64,000 bases of DNA from Thermodesulfobacteriota bacterium (GCA_963675595.2 CAXXLZ010000002.1:1344001-1408000), one strand, 5' to 3'. Shown: positions 39,154-50,125, counted from the stretch's first letter. Translations and numbers: made by a program. The notes: generated by a model not told the origin, from the sequence alone.

Positions 39154-41073
39154 TCAGTTCGTCGAACCAAGCTCTTTGGACAACAATACGTGAAAGACGA
39201 CCCCTCTTGGAGAGGCGACCTGAGCCGACACCTTGCCTTTGTGACGCTCCGCAATTTCCTTCACAATGGCCAACCCAAGACCCGTGCCGTGAGTTCCATG
39301 AGAAGCCGTGCTGCGTACGAACGGGCTAAAGATTTTCTCGGATTCCGCTTCACTGATGCCGACGCCGTTGTCTCTCACCGACAAAATATGATACTCGGAG
39401 GTCTCTCCATAACCAAAAGATATTTCAGTCAAAACATCCCCACCGTATTTGAGTGCGTTGTCTAGGAGATTTCTGAGTACTCTGATCACGGATGGCCTAT
39501 CGGCTTCAATGGAAGGAATAAGATCGGGTTCCATCCACCGAATCCCGCGAGCGTTGAGGCTATCGGCAAATTCTTCTCGTACCAAGCGTAGGATATCTTT
39601 CATATCCAGGCTTTCAATAGTTAAGGCCGATTCTTTTGCTGAGATGTAGGCATTGATTTGTTCCACCAGCGATGCAATATGTTCGGAAGCCGACATTATT
39701 TGCCTGCAGTAATTCTTTCCCGTTTCATCAAGAATATCTCCATAGTGATCGTGCAATCGTTTTGAAAGTCCATAGGCGCTGATGGCAGGAACCTTAAGAT
39801 CGTGCGCTACAGAATACGCAAATAATTTGATCTTCTCAGAACTCTGCTTTATCTCATCTTCCATGCGTTTTCGATCTGTGATATCAAGTATCATTGCCTG
39901 CTTGGATACTGTTCCGTCTTCATGGAAAATAGGCGAATTGGATATGTAGTACCACCGATTGTCTTTAGGACTCAGTAATTCCCAGCGGACGTTTTCTCCT
40001 TTGAAGACTCGATCGTTGACACACCATGGACATATGGAGTCCAGATCGTGCAGAGCCTTGTAACATGATTCCCCGATCGGATTGTAACCCGTTCTGTCCA
40101 AGAGTCGGTCATTCACAAACTCGATCTTGTAATCCTGCGAACAGATGTAGATTAGTCCGTCAAACGCTCCCACGATGGCTCTATAACGCGCTTCACTCTC
40201 TCTTACGGCTTTTTCAGCTTCCCTTTGTGCGGTGACATCCCGGATGATTCCTTGATATCCCAAGATGTCTCCTTCGATTGAACGCCGCACGGTCGAAGTC
40301 ACGCAGCAATCCATCTCCCTTCCGTTCTTGTGGCGAAGCCTGACTTCGTAATCCCCGACGGACCCCTCCCTTTCGATCCGCCTTTGAAATCTGTTCCTGT
40401 CGCCGGGGTCTGCATACAATACTTGAATAGCACCTTTGCCTATCAGCTCTTCTTTGGTATATCCAAAGAGTTCCACGAAAGCCCGATTGCAGTCGACAAT
40501 CTCACCCTTGCGGCTGCTGATATAAATCGAATCCCTGGACTCATCGAAGAGAGCGTGATACTTCTTCTCGCTTTCCTTCAATGCAGATTCCGCCTGTTTG
40601 CGCTTGGTGATATCCTTTGCGACCCCTTGGATTGCGTACGGCCTTCCTTTTCTATAAATCAAGGATGCGTCCACCGAAACCCAGACATATTTGCCCGACC
40701 TGGTCCTTAACCTGTATTGCGCAGTTTCCGTCGATGAACCTGTCTCGAGAATCTGCCGGATCGCCTTGTGCGCGGATGGAATTTGATCTACGTCCATAAA
40801 CGAATCAAGACTCAGCGAACCGACTTCATGTCTTTCATATTCCAAAAGCTTTAAAGCGGCCTCGTTGGCATCAATAAAATTTCCTTCAAAGTCGTGTATG
40901 TACACGCAATATATGGAACGGTCAAAAAGAGCCCTATATCTCGATTCCATATCATCGGATGAATCCTCATTAGACACATTCCCGGATTCATCCGCTTTCG
41001 GTCCGAGCATATGCTTCTCTTGTCCCGCCGACTCGTATGAAGTCTGTCTTTCCGATTTCTTATCCGTCTTCAT
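39154..41073 (-). CDS. Multi-PAS sensor histidine kinase
   Basis: Three PAS/PAC repeats; VAHDLK, NLLDNALKY, DNGVG and GTGLGL motifs. Confidence 0.92.
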   Translation of the reverse strand: MKTDKKSERQTSYESAGQEKHMLGPKADESGNVSNEDSSDDMESRYRALFDRSIYCVYIHDFEGNFIDANEAALKLLEYERHEVGSLSLDSFMDVDQIPSAHKAIRQILETGSSTETAQYRLRTRSGKYVWVSVDASLIYRKGRPYAIQGVAKDITKRKQAESALKESEKKYHALFDESRDSIYISSRKGEIVDCNRAFVELFGYTKEELIGKGAIQVLYADPGDRNRFQRRIEREGSVGDYEVRLRHKNGREMDCCVTSTVRRSIEGDILGYQGIIRDVTAQREAEKAVRESEARYRAIVGAFDGLIYICSQDYKIEFVNDRLLDRTGYNPIGESCYKALHDLDSICPWCVNDRVFKGENVRWELLSPKDNRWYYISNSPIFHEDGTVSKQAMILDITDRKRMEDEIKQSSEKIKLFAYSVAHDLKVPAISAYGLSKRLHDHYGDILDETGKNYCRQIMSASEHIASLVEQINAYISAKESALTIESLDMKDILRLVREEFADSLNARGIRWMEPDLIPSIEADRPSVIRVLRNLLDNALKYGGDVLTEISFGYGETSEYHILSVRDNGVGISEAESEKIFSPFVRSTASHGTHGTGLGLAIVKEIAERHKGKVSAQVASPRGVVFHVLLSKELGSTN

Positions 41074-41399
41074 ATCTTATTTAGCCTACTAATGCTTTTG
41101 GCGAAGCATGATACATGATACTACTATGCAATTAACATATATTACGACGGGTTTGTTTTACCGACCCTGCTATTATGAAAGTTTACATAGAAATAACCTT
41201 TTAGATTTTAAGGGAATGGTGCTGTAGGTGCAACAGCTTCTTCCAAACGATACAAAGAGGTCTTCCCTTGACTCCAACAAACATCCCGATGTCGGAAATA
41301 AAAACGGCGCGCACCCATTACGCAGGTCACAAATACAATAGATGCCGAATACGGATTCTCATTTCTTTTCAACAAGTTGGGAACCTGAATTCTTCCGCG

Positions 41400-41488
41400 G
41401 CCTCTCCGTCGGAGGCGGTGAGCTCTGTCCAAATTGCTTTGGGAGGGGGCTCGGGGGAGGATTTTCCCGAAAGTCCTCTCCCGTGAAT
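41400..41488. repeat. REP copy
   Basis: CTCTCCGTCGGAGGCGGTGAG plus hairpin and CCCGTGAAT. Confidence 0.75.
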
Positions 41489-41773
41489 GCGTACCGCTTT
41501 CTTATCTTCCGCTTTTCCCCTTCCGGTCACTGATCACGCTTTAATCATCCATGCTCCGCCATCGGCATCAACGGAAAAAAGCAACAAAGTGTCGATTAAA
41601 CGCAAGGAACTGCAAGTACCTGTAATACATCTCATGGTAAGTAGAGCATCATCAGATCCGGTTAAGTACTCCCGCATGAACATTTCGACAAAAAGGGGAA
41701 AGGGAACATGAAAAATGTCTATGGGGCGGTGTCAAGCCCCCGGTTTTTGGTCCAGCAATTATGAGAGTTTTTC

Positions 41774-42680
41774 TCAAGGCCCTGTGATTTCTGTGCTTGG
41801 TCCTTGGGGCATCGGCGAAGCCGAGCAAAGCGAGGCGGAGTCGATGCCCCAAGGATCGGCCGCGAACCGGGCCGGGGTCATATAATTCAACGCACTGTGC
41901 GGTCTTTCCTCGTTATAGGCTTTCCTCCATTTGGCGGACAGAATTTGCGCTTCCTTGATATTATTGAAAACCTCCACGTTCAAAAATTCATCCCGAAATC
42001 GGCTGTTGAAGCTTTCCACATAGCCGTTCTGCCAGGGAGCCCCCGGTTCGATGAATAGGGCTTCCACTTCCAGGTCTTTCAGCCAATTTCTCACCCTCTT
42101 GGCTATGAATTCCGGACCGTTATCCGATCGAATCCCTTTTGGAACTCCCCGCACGCCCATCAACCGACTTAGTACGTCCAAAACCTCATCACCCGTGATG
42201 GAACGGTCGATCCTCAAGGCCAGGTTTTCCCGGGTAAACTCGTCGACAATGGCCAAGCACTTGAACTGACGGCCGTCGGCCAGGCGATCATGAATGAAAT
42301 CCAACGTCCAGACATCATTTGGAAAAGTCGCCTTTCGTTTGTTGCACGCGTTGGCATCGACTCCCAGGAATCGTTTCTTCCGGGCTCTTCGAGGCACCTT
42401 TAATCCTTCTCGTTTCCAAAGTCGGTGGACTCGCTTGTAGTTCACTACCCATCCCGCTTCACGCAGCAGACGGGTGATCCGACGACATCCAAAACGAGGA
42501 TGCTCTCCAACCAACCGGTGAAGGTCCTTGATCAATTCCTCCTCCTCATCCAACTCCTTCGGCCGATAACGTTGGGTGGATCGATGTTGGCCGGTTATTC
42601 GACAGGCCCGACGCTCTGAAGCCGCATGTTCCCTTCGAACATGCTCAACCGCTTTCCTGCGACGCGCCGGGCTTAGAAGT
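41774..42680 (-). CDS. IS3 transposase OrfB, probably expressed by -1 frameshift
   Basis: WTLDF, RSDNGPEF and QNGYVESFN motifs; the frame is open up to the GGGAAAC site at the orfA end. Confidence 0.88.
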
Positions 42681-42954
42681 TTCCCTCCGCAAGGTCCTTG
42701 AGCATTGCTTTGTCCAACATCAGGTCGGCCACCAGCTTCTTCAAACGGGCATTCTCTCTTTCCAGTTGCTTGAGCCTCTTAGCCTCCTCAGCCTTCATAC
42801 CCCCATACTGGTTTCGCCATCGGTGGTACGTCGCCTCGCTCACCTCCAGGAACTGGCAGACCTGCGCTATGGTCTGCCCAGCGGTCAGCCGACGGTCCGC
42901 TTCTTCCAGTTTCCGCACAATTTGCTCCGCGCTATGTCTCTTTCGCTTGGCCAT
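42673..42954 (-). CDS. IS3 transposase OrfA
   Basis: HSAEQIVRKL..VSEATYHRWRNQYGGM..LERENARLKKLVA. Confidence 0.92.
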   Translation of the reverse strand: MAKRKRHSAEQIVRKLEEADRRLTAGQTIAQVCQFLEVSEATYHRWRNQYGGMKAEEAKRLKQLERENARLKKLVADLMLDKAMLKDLAEGNF

Positions 42955-43872
42955 GCAATCCGTCTCCTTCCCTTTTCTTGGGCTTCAGACTCTCATTATA
43001 CATGGACCAATTATCGGGAGGCATTCCAGCGGTGTTTACTATTTTGGCGCTGTTGATCGGTTTGAGCACATCGGCCCAGGCGTCCCTATTTTACATGGCC
43101 CGCGTTGACGGCTCCATCGGCGGTGTCGGCGCCCATTCCGACGACGTGGTTGTTTACGACACTGCAACCGCCGGCGCATCGGTGGTCCTATCGGGCCATA
43201 CCACTTTTGATACGATTTACGAAGACATCGATGCGCTGCATGTCCTGAACGACGGCACCATCCTGTTCTCCACCATGGGTTCCGCAGCCATCGGGAGCCT
43301 GAGCATTTCGGACGAAGATATCGTTCTTTACAATCCGGCGACGGGTGACGCCTCCATGTTCCTGGACGCGGGCGGCCTGTTCGTCGGCAACGAAAATATT
43401 GACGCCTTGACCATGCTTCCCAACGGCAACCTGCTTATATCGACAAGGAACAGCGCCCAAATCGGGAGCCTCCTGTTCGAGGACGGCGACATCGTGGAGT
43501 ACGATTTGACCACCGGCGCGGCTTCCATCTGGCTTGGGACGGCGGCTACCGGAGGGATCGATATCAACAAGCTGCACCTGATGCCGGACGGCAGCCTCCT
43601 GTTCGGCCTTTTCAACACGAAGCCCGACAATGAGTTCACCGTCAACGGCGTCTCGTTCACGGCCTGTGATCTGCTGGCCTTCGATCCGGCAACCGGGTCC
43701 GTGTCCATGTACTGGGATGCAAGCGAGGAACTCGGCGCGAATTCGGACATCACGCAGATTCACGGAATATCCGTGGCCCCGGTGCCCGTTCCCGCAGCGG
43801 TTTGGTTGCTGGGCAGCGGGCTGTTGGGCTTGGCGGGGATTCGACGGCGTCTATGACATTCGCCGGTGAGCA

Positions 43873-44060
43873 TTCAGAGGGTACCCGAAGGAACCCTCTT
43901 TGAAAACTTCTAGTATTTCACTACGTTGTACGGCACATGTCGCTCGTTTTGCGAATCGCGTACGCGATTCGCAAAAGCGCAATGGGGGTCCGGGGGGCCA
44001 TGGGTCCCTCGGCACGGGTTGCAGGGGGACGGTGCCCCCCTGCGGCACACCTCGCGGAAA
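43873..44060. repeat. REP mosaic truncating the adjacent PAS gene
   Basis: ATTCAGAGGG foot plus GCGAATCGCGTACGCGATTCGC module. Confidence 0.75.
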
Positions 44061-44502
44061 GGTACAAATTCTTTGCCTTGGCTGCAAGCTCACGTTCCCT
44101 TTCTTGCAGTTTGCTCTCTATGCGCTTCTTATCCGTGTTGTCTCTTATGATTCCTTCGATCGCCAACGGTGCGCCTTCCGCGTCTCTCATAACCGTCCAT
44201 CTATCATGCATCCATCGCACGCAATTATTGGGAAGGCAAATACGATACTCGACCTCTCCCATAACGCAACCCGGTACCAACGCCCGGCGCGATGCCAAGC
44301 GAACCATTTCTCTGTCCTCGGGATGAATCTTCAAGAGAACGCTCTTCTTCGTCCCAAACCCGTAAATCTCCAGCCCCTTTTTGTTGAAAAAGAGAAACTT
44401 TCCCGATGAAACGTGGAAATGGTAGATAATGTCCCGAGACCTGTCGGCGAGGTTCTTGTAATCTTCCGTCAGCGGGGCCTGCAATACGAGCGCACTTTTC
44501 AT
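44061..44502 (-). pseudogene. PAS-domain regulator, 3' truncated
   Basis: IHPEDR and EGIIRDNTDKKR PAS/PAC, then a coiled coil that runs into repeat sequence. Confidence 0.65.
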
Positions 44503-44745
44503 ACAACCCCCCGTTTCAGCGGCTTCGACATCACCGCGCGGCCGGATTTTCCGTAAGGCGAATCAGGCACATCGTCGGACGCCGATGGATGAGCGTTGTC
44601 TAAAAAACCATACTCAATCCATCACTATTTGATATCATGGGACACGGGGCGCGCACAAGAGAGTCCAATTCCTCCCTCGCGGCACCGTCCGGCAGCCCGT
44701 TGAAGGAGCCGAGTTATGGGAGGCTGTTTAAAAATGATGGCGTCT

Positions 44746-44950
44746 ATTCACAGGGTAGGCGGGGAAACCTTTAGGAGACCGATTGCCGGAGGCATCAGGA
44801 ACGGAGCCCTCGACAAGGGTGGCCCAGTCCGAAAATCTGCTCATCACATGAAGCCTCTCCACCGGAGGCGGTGAGGCCTGCTTGAAGCTTCTAAAGGAGG
44901 GACCGGGGGGGGGGACTTTTTCAAAAGCCCCCCGGCGACCCTGCCAATGA
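44746..44950. repeat. REP mosaic
   Basis: ATTCACAGGG foot; modules shared with 11144-11290. Confidence 0.75.
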
Positions 44951-45204
44951 GTACCCGTTTCAGGGCGCACCGACGGTTTGGTCCCTAAACGCCTCACTTA
45001 AATTCCGAGGATAGGGTTTTCTTTCTTCAAATCATTTCTGCGGACATTGCATTGTATGACCTTAATCGGTAAAATGGTTCACTTTCATGGAATATGGTCT
45101 AATAACATCACGGACACTTGTGACAGTTGTCGTATTTACGCCATAATGCATTACAAATAAGTGAGTGTCTCCGTAATTTTCAATTGAACGATAAGGAATA
45201 AATC

Positions 45205-47283
45205 ATGCGCAAGCGCTTTCTTTTCTCTGTGATTCTTCTGCCTTTCATCGTTTTGACCTGGAATGCTCCGGCCCTGGCCGCCGAGTATATACATTCCTAC
45301 AGATTTTCGGCGCCGGTGATCAAAGACATGGGCGACGGCACGGTATACCCGGAAATGGCCGATTGCCCTCCGAAGCTGGGCCCCGTCGGCGCACCCATGT
45401 TGCCGAGAAAAATGGCCAAGCTGTTCATCTCCGCCGGAGAAACGGTGGAATCGCTCAAAGTGGTCTGCGCGCCGGCTCTCACCTTACCCGGTAATTACAT
45501 CGTTACGCCGATTCCGGCCCTGGTCCCGCTTTCCAAGGCCCATCTCGCCGAGGCCGCGGCTAAAGACTCGACCCTATACGACTCGAATGCCTTTTATCCC
45601 GGAATCACCCACGTCGATTTGGGGATGCAGACCCTCATGGGCGCTTCCCTGTCCGTGCTTCAGCTCTGTCCGGTCCAGTACAACCCCGTTGACGGTAACA
45701 TCGCCTATTATCCGAAGATGACGGTGACCATTGTGACCCGATCGACCGCGACGCCGTTAGGCGCCGTGTTCCGCAACCGTCCGTCGGACCGGGCCGCCGT
45801 TTTGTCCGCTGTGGACAACAAGGCGGCATTCTATGAAACCGCCTGCTTGGCGCCGGCCAACGCCGAGGCCGCCGGCCCCAGGCAATACCTGATCATAACC
45901 ACCGAAAATCTGCGCGAAGCCATGCAGAACCTGGCGGACCACCGGGCATCCACCGAGGGCGGCAACTTCAATACGCATATCGCTCTCATCGAGGACATCG
46001 ACCAAACGATTTCGGGCCGGGACTTGGCGGAAAAAATGCGCAATTATATCCGAGACTCCTATGAACACTACGGTACCGAATACGTGGTTCTGGGCGGAGA
46101 CGCGCACGGCGCCCCGGAAGAGCAAACCCTGCCCACCCGCGGCTGTACCGCCATGGTGGCCGGCACACTGGATACGAATATCCCCAGCGACCTGTATTTC
46201 GGGTGTCTGGACGGTTCGTGGGACGGCAACAATAACGGTCTATGGGGAGAAATCGACGACGGGACCGACGGCGGAGACATCGACTGGCATTCGGAAGTCT
46301 ACGTGGGTCGCATCAACTCGAAAACACCCGAACGGGCGCTTTCGCAAATCAACAAAATCATCGCCTATGAAACGTCCGATAAACCGTTCAGGTCCCTTAT
46401 GGTGGGTGAAATTATGGATGACGAACCCACCTATGGCGGGGACAAGATGGACTGGCTGGCCGAGTTCATGCCGGAAACGCCCAAGACCACCTTGTACGAT
46501 CGAGATCAATCGAACTTGGACTGGCCCGCAAATCAGCTTACGGACCTGCTGAGTTCGGATGAGTTCGTCTGGATCAACCACCTGGGCCATTCCTATGTTC
46601 AATACAACATGAAACTCACCGAAGACGATATACCGGACATCAACAACTCCAAATACTTCTTCGTCTATACTCAGGGATGCTATCCGGGCGCCATGGACAA
46701 CCGTGACGCTCAGGGCCTTTACGGCTACGAAGACTCCATTGTCGAAAATATGGTTTCGGCCGAAGGACGCGGCCCTTTCGCCGCGGTCGCCAATTCCCGC
46801 TACGGCTGGTACATGCCAGGCAAGGTTTTTGATTCGGCTTCCAACTTGGTCCATGCTTATTTCATCGAACAGGTCGTCCAGGGCGTACGGTCTCTTGGAA
46901 AGGCCAACCAGATCCCCAAAGCGAACCTGGATCTAACCGAACAGGCCTATCGGTGGATCGCCTTTGAGAGCAACTTGTTCGGGGACCCCGCCACCCAACT
47001 GCCTCCTCAACAGAGACCCGATCCTCCCGAACTGCTGCTTTCCGTTGAGGGGACCCTGGTCACTCTGAGCTGGAGCACGGTGGAAACCGCCGATGGGTAT
47101 ACCCTCTTTTATGCACCGGCTCCTTTTTCGGGGCCGGATACGATCGGAAGCATCGATATGGGAAGTCAAACCGAAATCTCTTTCGATCTTTGGAGCGGCG
47201 CGGCGTTTCTGGCGGCCGTTCAGGCACGTAACGGCATGGGCGTCGGTGATTATTCAAATATCGAGTCTTTGGTCATTCCTTGA
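45205..47283 (+). CDS. Gingipain-like C25 cysteine peptidase with propeptide and Fn3-like C-terminal domain
   Basis: Signal peptide; YLIIT, YVVLGGD, SDLYF, VGRI, NHLGHS, TQGCYPG and LFGDP motifs. Confidence 0.88.
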   Translation: MRKRFLFSVILLPFIVLTWNAPALAAEYIHSYRFSAPVIKDMGDGTVYPEMADCPPKLGPVGAPMLPRKMAKLFISAGETVESLKVVCAPALTLPGNYIVTPIPALVPLSKAHLAEAAAKDSTLYDSNAFYPGITHVDLGMQTLMGASLSVLQLCPVQYNPVDGNIAYYPKMTVTIVTRSTATPLGAVFRNRPSDRAAVLSAVDNKAAFYETACLAPANAEAAGPRQYLIITTENLREAMQNLADHRASTEGGNFNTHIALIEDIDQTISGRDLAEKMRNYIRDSYEHYGTEYVVLGGDAHGAPEEQTLPTRGCTAMVAGTLDTNIPSDLYFGCLDGSWDGNNNGLWGEIDDGTDGGDIDWHSEVYVGRINSKTPERALSQINKIIAYETSDKPFRSLMVGEIMDDEPTYGGDKMDWLAEFMPETPKTTLYDRDQSNLDWPANQLTDLLSSDEFVWINHLGHSYVQYNMKLTEDDIPDINNSKYFFVYTQGCYPGAMDNRDAQGLYGYEDSIVENMVSAEGRGPFAAVANSRYGWYMPGKVFDSASNLVHAYFIEQVVQGVRSLGKANQIPKANLDLTEQAYRWIAFESNLFGDPATQLPPQQRPDPPELLLSVEGTLVTLSWSTVETADGYTLFYAPAPFSGPDTIGSIDMGSQTEISFDLWSGAAFLAAVQARNGMGVGDYSNIESLVIP

Positions 47284-47406
47284 GGGAGCCTGTTCGCAGT
47301 CCGATATGGACTGAGACGACTCCTCCATGCTAACCTGAAATTCGAGATCCGGCGACTCGCCGGTCGTCGGCATTCAACCCATTTCCCGCAGCATCGGGAG
47401 GGTGCC

Positions 47407-47754
47407 ATGAAAAAGATCGTGTTGACGGCATTCAACGGGGAGTTCATGTGTTTCGTGCATGTGCTTCTCAATGCGCTGGACATGAAGGCCCGCGGGTATG
47501 ATGTCAAAATCGTGGTTGAAGGGGCGGCCACCAAGGTCGTTCCCGAGCTCTTCGCGGAGGGCAATCCTCTGAAGGGTCTCTACCGGAAAGTGAAGGAACA
47601 AGGTTTGATCGACGCCGTGTGCAAGGCCTGCTCCACCAAAATGGGCGTTCTGGCCGCGGTGGAGGCGGAAGGTCTTCCCTTGGCGGACGAAATGTCCGGA
47701 CATCCGAGTCTGGCTCGGTACATGGAAGCGGGCTACGAAATCATCACCTTCTGA
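47407..47754 (+). CDS. DsrE/DsrF-like protein
   Basis: CFVHVLLNALDM, AVCKACS and GHPS..Y...GYEIITF motifs. Confidence 0.82.
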   Translation: MKKIVLTAFNGEFMCFVHVLLNALDMKARGYDVKIVVEGAATKVVPELFAEGNPLKGLYRKVKEQGLIDAVCKACSTKMGVLAAVEAEGLPLADEMSGHPSLARYMEAGYEIITF

Positions 47755-47796
47755 TGCCGCGGCGCGAGAAACCGCATTGAGCGGCCGGCCGTCTTC

Positions 47797-48149
47797 CGGG
47801 CAGGCAGTGTGGCCTGCCCCTGCAATAGACGAGCTCCTACCGTGAGGGATTACGGCAAGAGGGCCTCCCCTACAAAGCCTGAATTCCCATTCACGGAGTG
47901 GAATGTTGGTTCTCGTGAACGGGGGGGCTCCGTCCTTTTCGGGACGAAGCCGGTCTTGCAGGAATCTTTGCCGATTCAGGAGATGAAAAGAACGCTGGAA
48001 ATCAGCGAGAACGCCTTTTACAAGGGGGGCGGGCGAAGACTTTCTCGAAAGTTTCCCCCGTGAATATCTGTGTTTTCCGCCTCCTTGTTCCTTGAACTAA
48101 GGGCGCGCACTAATGCCCGCCCTTACAATAGACCGCTTAACCCCGTGAA
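47797..48149. repeat. REP cluster: GTAG-like REPs flanking an ATTCAC..GTGAAT element
   Basis: GGGCAGGCAGTGTGGCCTGCCCCTGC; ATTCACGG (47889)...CCCCGTGAAT (48065); GCCCGCCCTTACAATAGAC. Confidence 0.72.
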
Positions 48150-48229
48150 TGATTACAAATCTTTTTCAGCAAAGTTGTCCTTGACGGCCCGTGAATGGGT
48201 GCAATTTTCGTTCAACTAAGGAGAAAAGC

Positions 48230-49144
48230 ATGAAATTATGGAAGCTCGCTATTCTGATGCTGTTGGTGATGCCGGCGATATGGCCTGCGGCGAATCTCGC
48301 ATACGCCGAGGAACAACCCTATCTGGTGCTTGAAGGTCCCGATGTGGTGACCGCAGGATCCAACGTTACTTATACGATTTCCACGGTGGGCGGAACGGAC
48401 AGCGGATATACCTGGTGGCTGGGATATGTTTCCAACAACGCGGCCACAATGGAAGACGGCGTGCTCACCGCTCTAAATCCGGGCATTGCGGGAATCCGGG
48501 TGGCGGGGAACGATACCGGCGCATTGGCCGAACTGCACGTGGAAATTGTTCCCAACGGCAACGGCGGAGTCGGTATCAGCGGCCCCGACAAGGTGAGCAT
48601 CGGCCAAAAAGTCGTTTTCTCGGCAACCACCGGAGGGGTTTCATCAGGGACCTATTACTGGTTCATCATCTATTCGAACCCGACGGGCGTTGCCGCCATC
48701 AACGGCGAAACCGGGGAACTGGAAGGCCTTTCCCAAGGAACCGCCATCATCTGTGCGGTGGATGCCGGCTCAGGTCTGGCGGGGGAGAAAGAGGTCCTGA
48801 TTATTCCGTCCGAAAAGCAGGCCGCACTGGTGAGTATCAGCGCCGGCGTGGGTGAGGGCTTCACCCTGGATTTGATGCTTTCCATCAAGGGAGACATTCC
48901 CGAAGATGCTTCGCTCTATCTCGCCGTGATGTTCGACGACGTGATTTACTACCTTCCCAACCTGAGCACGTCGCCTGAACCGTTTCTGCTGCATCCGGAA
49001 GAAGCCTATTTTGAAAAGGTCCTGTCCGTTCCCGTATCGAGCATTCCCTACAATGAGTACACCTTCTATGCCGCGTTGCTGAACAGTTCCTTCGAGTTCG
49101 TCAGCAACCTGGATACGGCTTTCGTAACAGCGGGCGTCAAATGA
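48230..49144 (+). CDS. Secreted protein with two Ig-like (Big_2-type) repeats
   Basis: Signal peptide; two GPD.V..G....Y.W..S....A repeats; RBS AAGGAG. Confidence 0.75.
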   Translation: MKLWKLAILMLLVMPAIWPAANLAYAEEQPYLVLEGPDVVTAGSNVTYTISTVGGTDSGYTWWLGYVSNNAATMEDGVLTALNPGIAGIRVAGNDTGALAELHVEIVPNGNGGVGISGPDKVSIGQKVVFSATTGGVSSGTYYWFIIYSNPTGVAAINGETGELEGLSQGTAIICAVDAGSGLAGEKEVLIIPSEKQAALVSISAGVGEGFTLDLMLSIKGDIPEDASLYLAVMFDDVIYYLPNLSTSPEPFLLHPEEAYFEKVLSVPVSSIPYNEYTFYAALLNSSFEFVSNLDTAFVTAGVK

Positions 49145-49177
49145 GGCGTTGAATAAGAGGACCCGGCTTCGCCGGGA

Positions 49178-49264
49178 GCCTCTCCGCCGAAGGCGGTGAG
49201 GCCTGCTTGGAAGGTTTGGAAGGGAGATCGGGGGGGCGCTTTTTAAAAAGTCCCCCCCGTGAAT
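49178..49264. repeat. REP copy
   Basis: CTCTCCGCCGAAGGCGGTGAGGC plus hairpin and CCCCGTGAAT. Confidence 0.8.
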
Positions 49265-49293
49265 CCGTACCGATGCATTTTTCGGCTAGACGC

Positions 49294-49640
49294 CTAACAT
49301 TCCCCCCTGACCTTCTCGATTTTCTTGACAATATCCAGAGCGACTTCCATCACTTCCTCCGGGGCGCGGAAGTCTTCTCCGGCCCGCAAGGCCCTAGACA
49401 CAGGCCGGGGTGTGACGGAAGCAATTGCCGGCCGGGGACAGCCTGATCGCGTTCTAGGCGGCCTCAACGCCCGCATCCAACCGTGTCGCGTCTTTCCCCT
49501 CATAAATCATCCAGGCTTTTGCATTATGTGCCCGGGCTACCGGTTCGAAAAGCCGGACGTCTCCCGATTCCCCGAAACGGTCAGCCACGACGTCATAGGC
49601 CGCCCACGCTTCTTTGGCTTTCCCATCACTTCCAAGACAA
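49294..49640 (-). pseudogene. TPR-like gene remnant
   Basis: EAWAAYDVVADRFGES..PVARAHNAKAW, with in-frame stops downstream. Confidence 0.45.
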
Positions 49641-50089
49641 CGATTTTGTTGCCAACAAATGCGTTGCAACCGCCGTTTGAAAAAAAGCCTGCAAGGACAT
49701 ACACCACGAGCTCTACGGAAAGTCACCAGCATGGATGTATTGGGGACACTGATGCGTAACTTGGGGGATGCCATCAGAATAATATGGTAATTATCAATGA
49801 ATTACGCGCGATTCAAACACCACTGCCGTATCAAAGCAAGATTTCCTCGGCGTACAACGGAGGCATTTGATTAATCGATCCAATCTTTGTATGGTTATCG
49901 TCATCCCGCCCAATCTTGAATGGTTATTGAACAAAGACCACGTACCGACCTTTACCGCCCGTCCGCTGCAAAAGGCCGACGGCTTGCGATCATGATCGCA
50001 TCTCGGTGCGCCGAGCCGTGATTTCGCACCGTACACATCAGTACTATTTGATACCATAACGTCATCGTGGAGGTTCCGGCTTGATGCGA

Positions 50090-50125
50090 GGAAGGTCCCG
50101 AGTTCGAATCTCCCACCGCCCATCA
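50090..50125 (+). other. Second degenerate tRNA-Val 3' fragment (att-like scar)
   Basis: GGAAGgTCCcGAGTTCGAATCTCCcACCGCCCAtCA aligns with 4493-4527. Confidence 0.65.

Larger units (their letters stand above)
41730..43028 (-). mobile_element. IS3-family insertion sequence (IS407-like)
   Basis: TG..CA ends with imperfect IR (..TTGGTCCA); 4-bp TSD GCGG (41726-29 and 43029-32). Confidence 0.92.
41708..43856 (+). pseudogene. VPLPA/PEP-CTERM surface protein interrupted in its signal peptide by IS3
   Basis: MKNVYGA (41708) joins VFTILALLIG.. after IS removal; C-terminus VPVPAAVWLLGSGLLGLAGIRRR; internal D..IDAL repeats. Confidence 0.85.
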
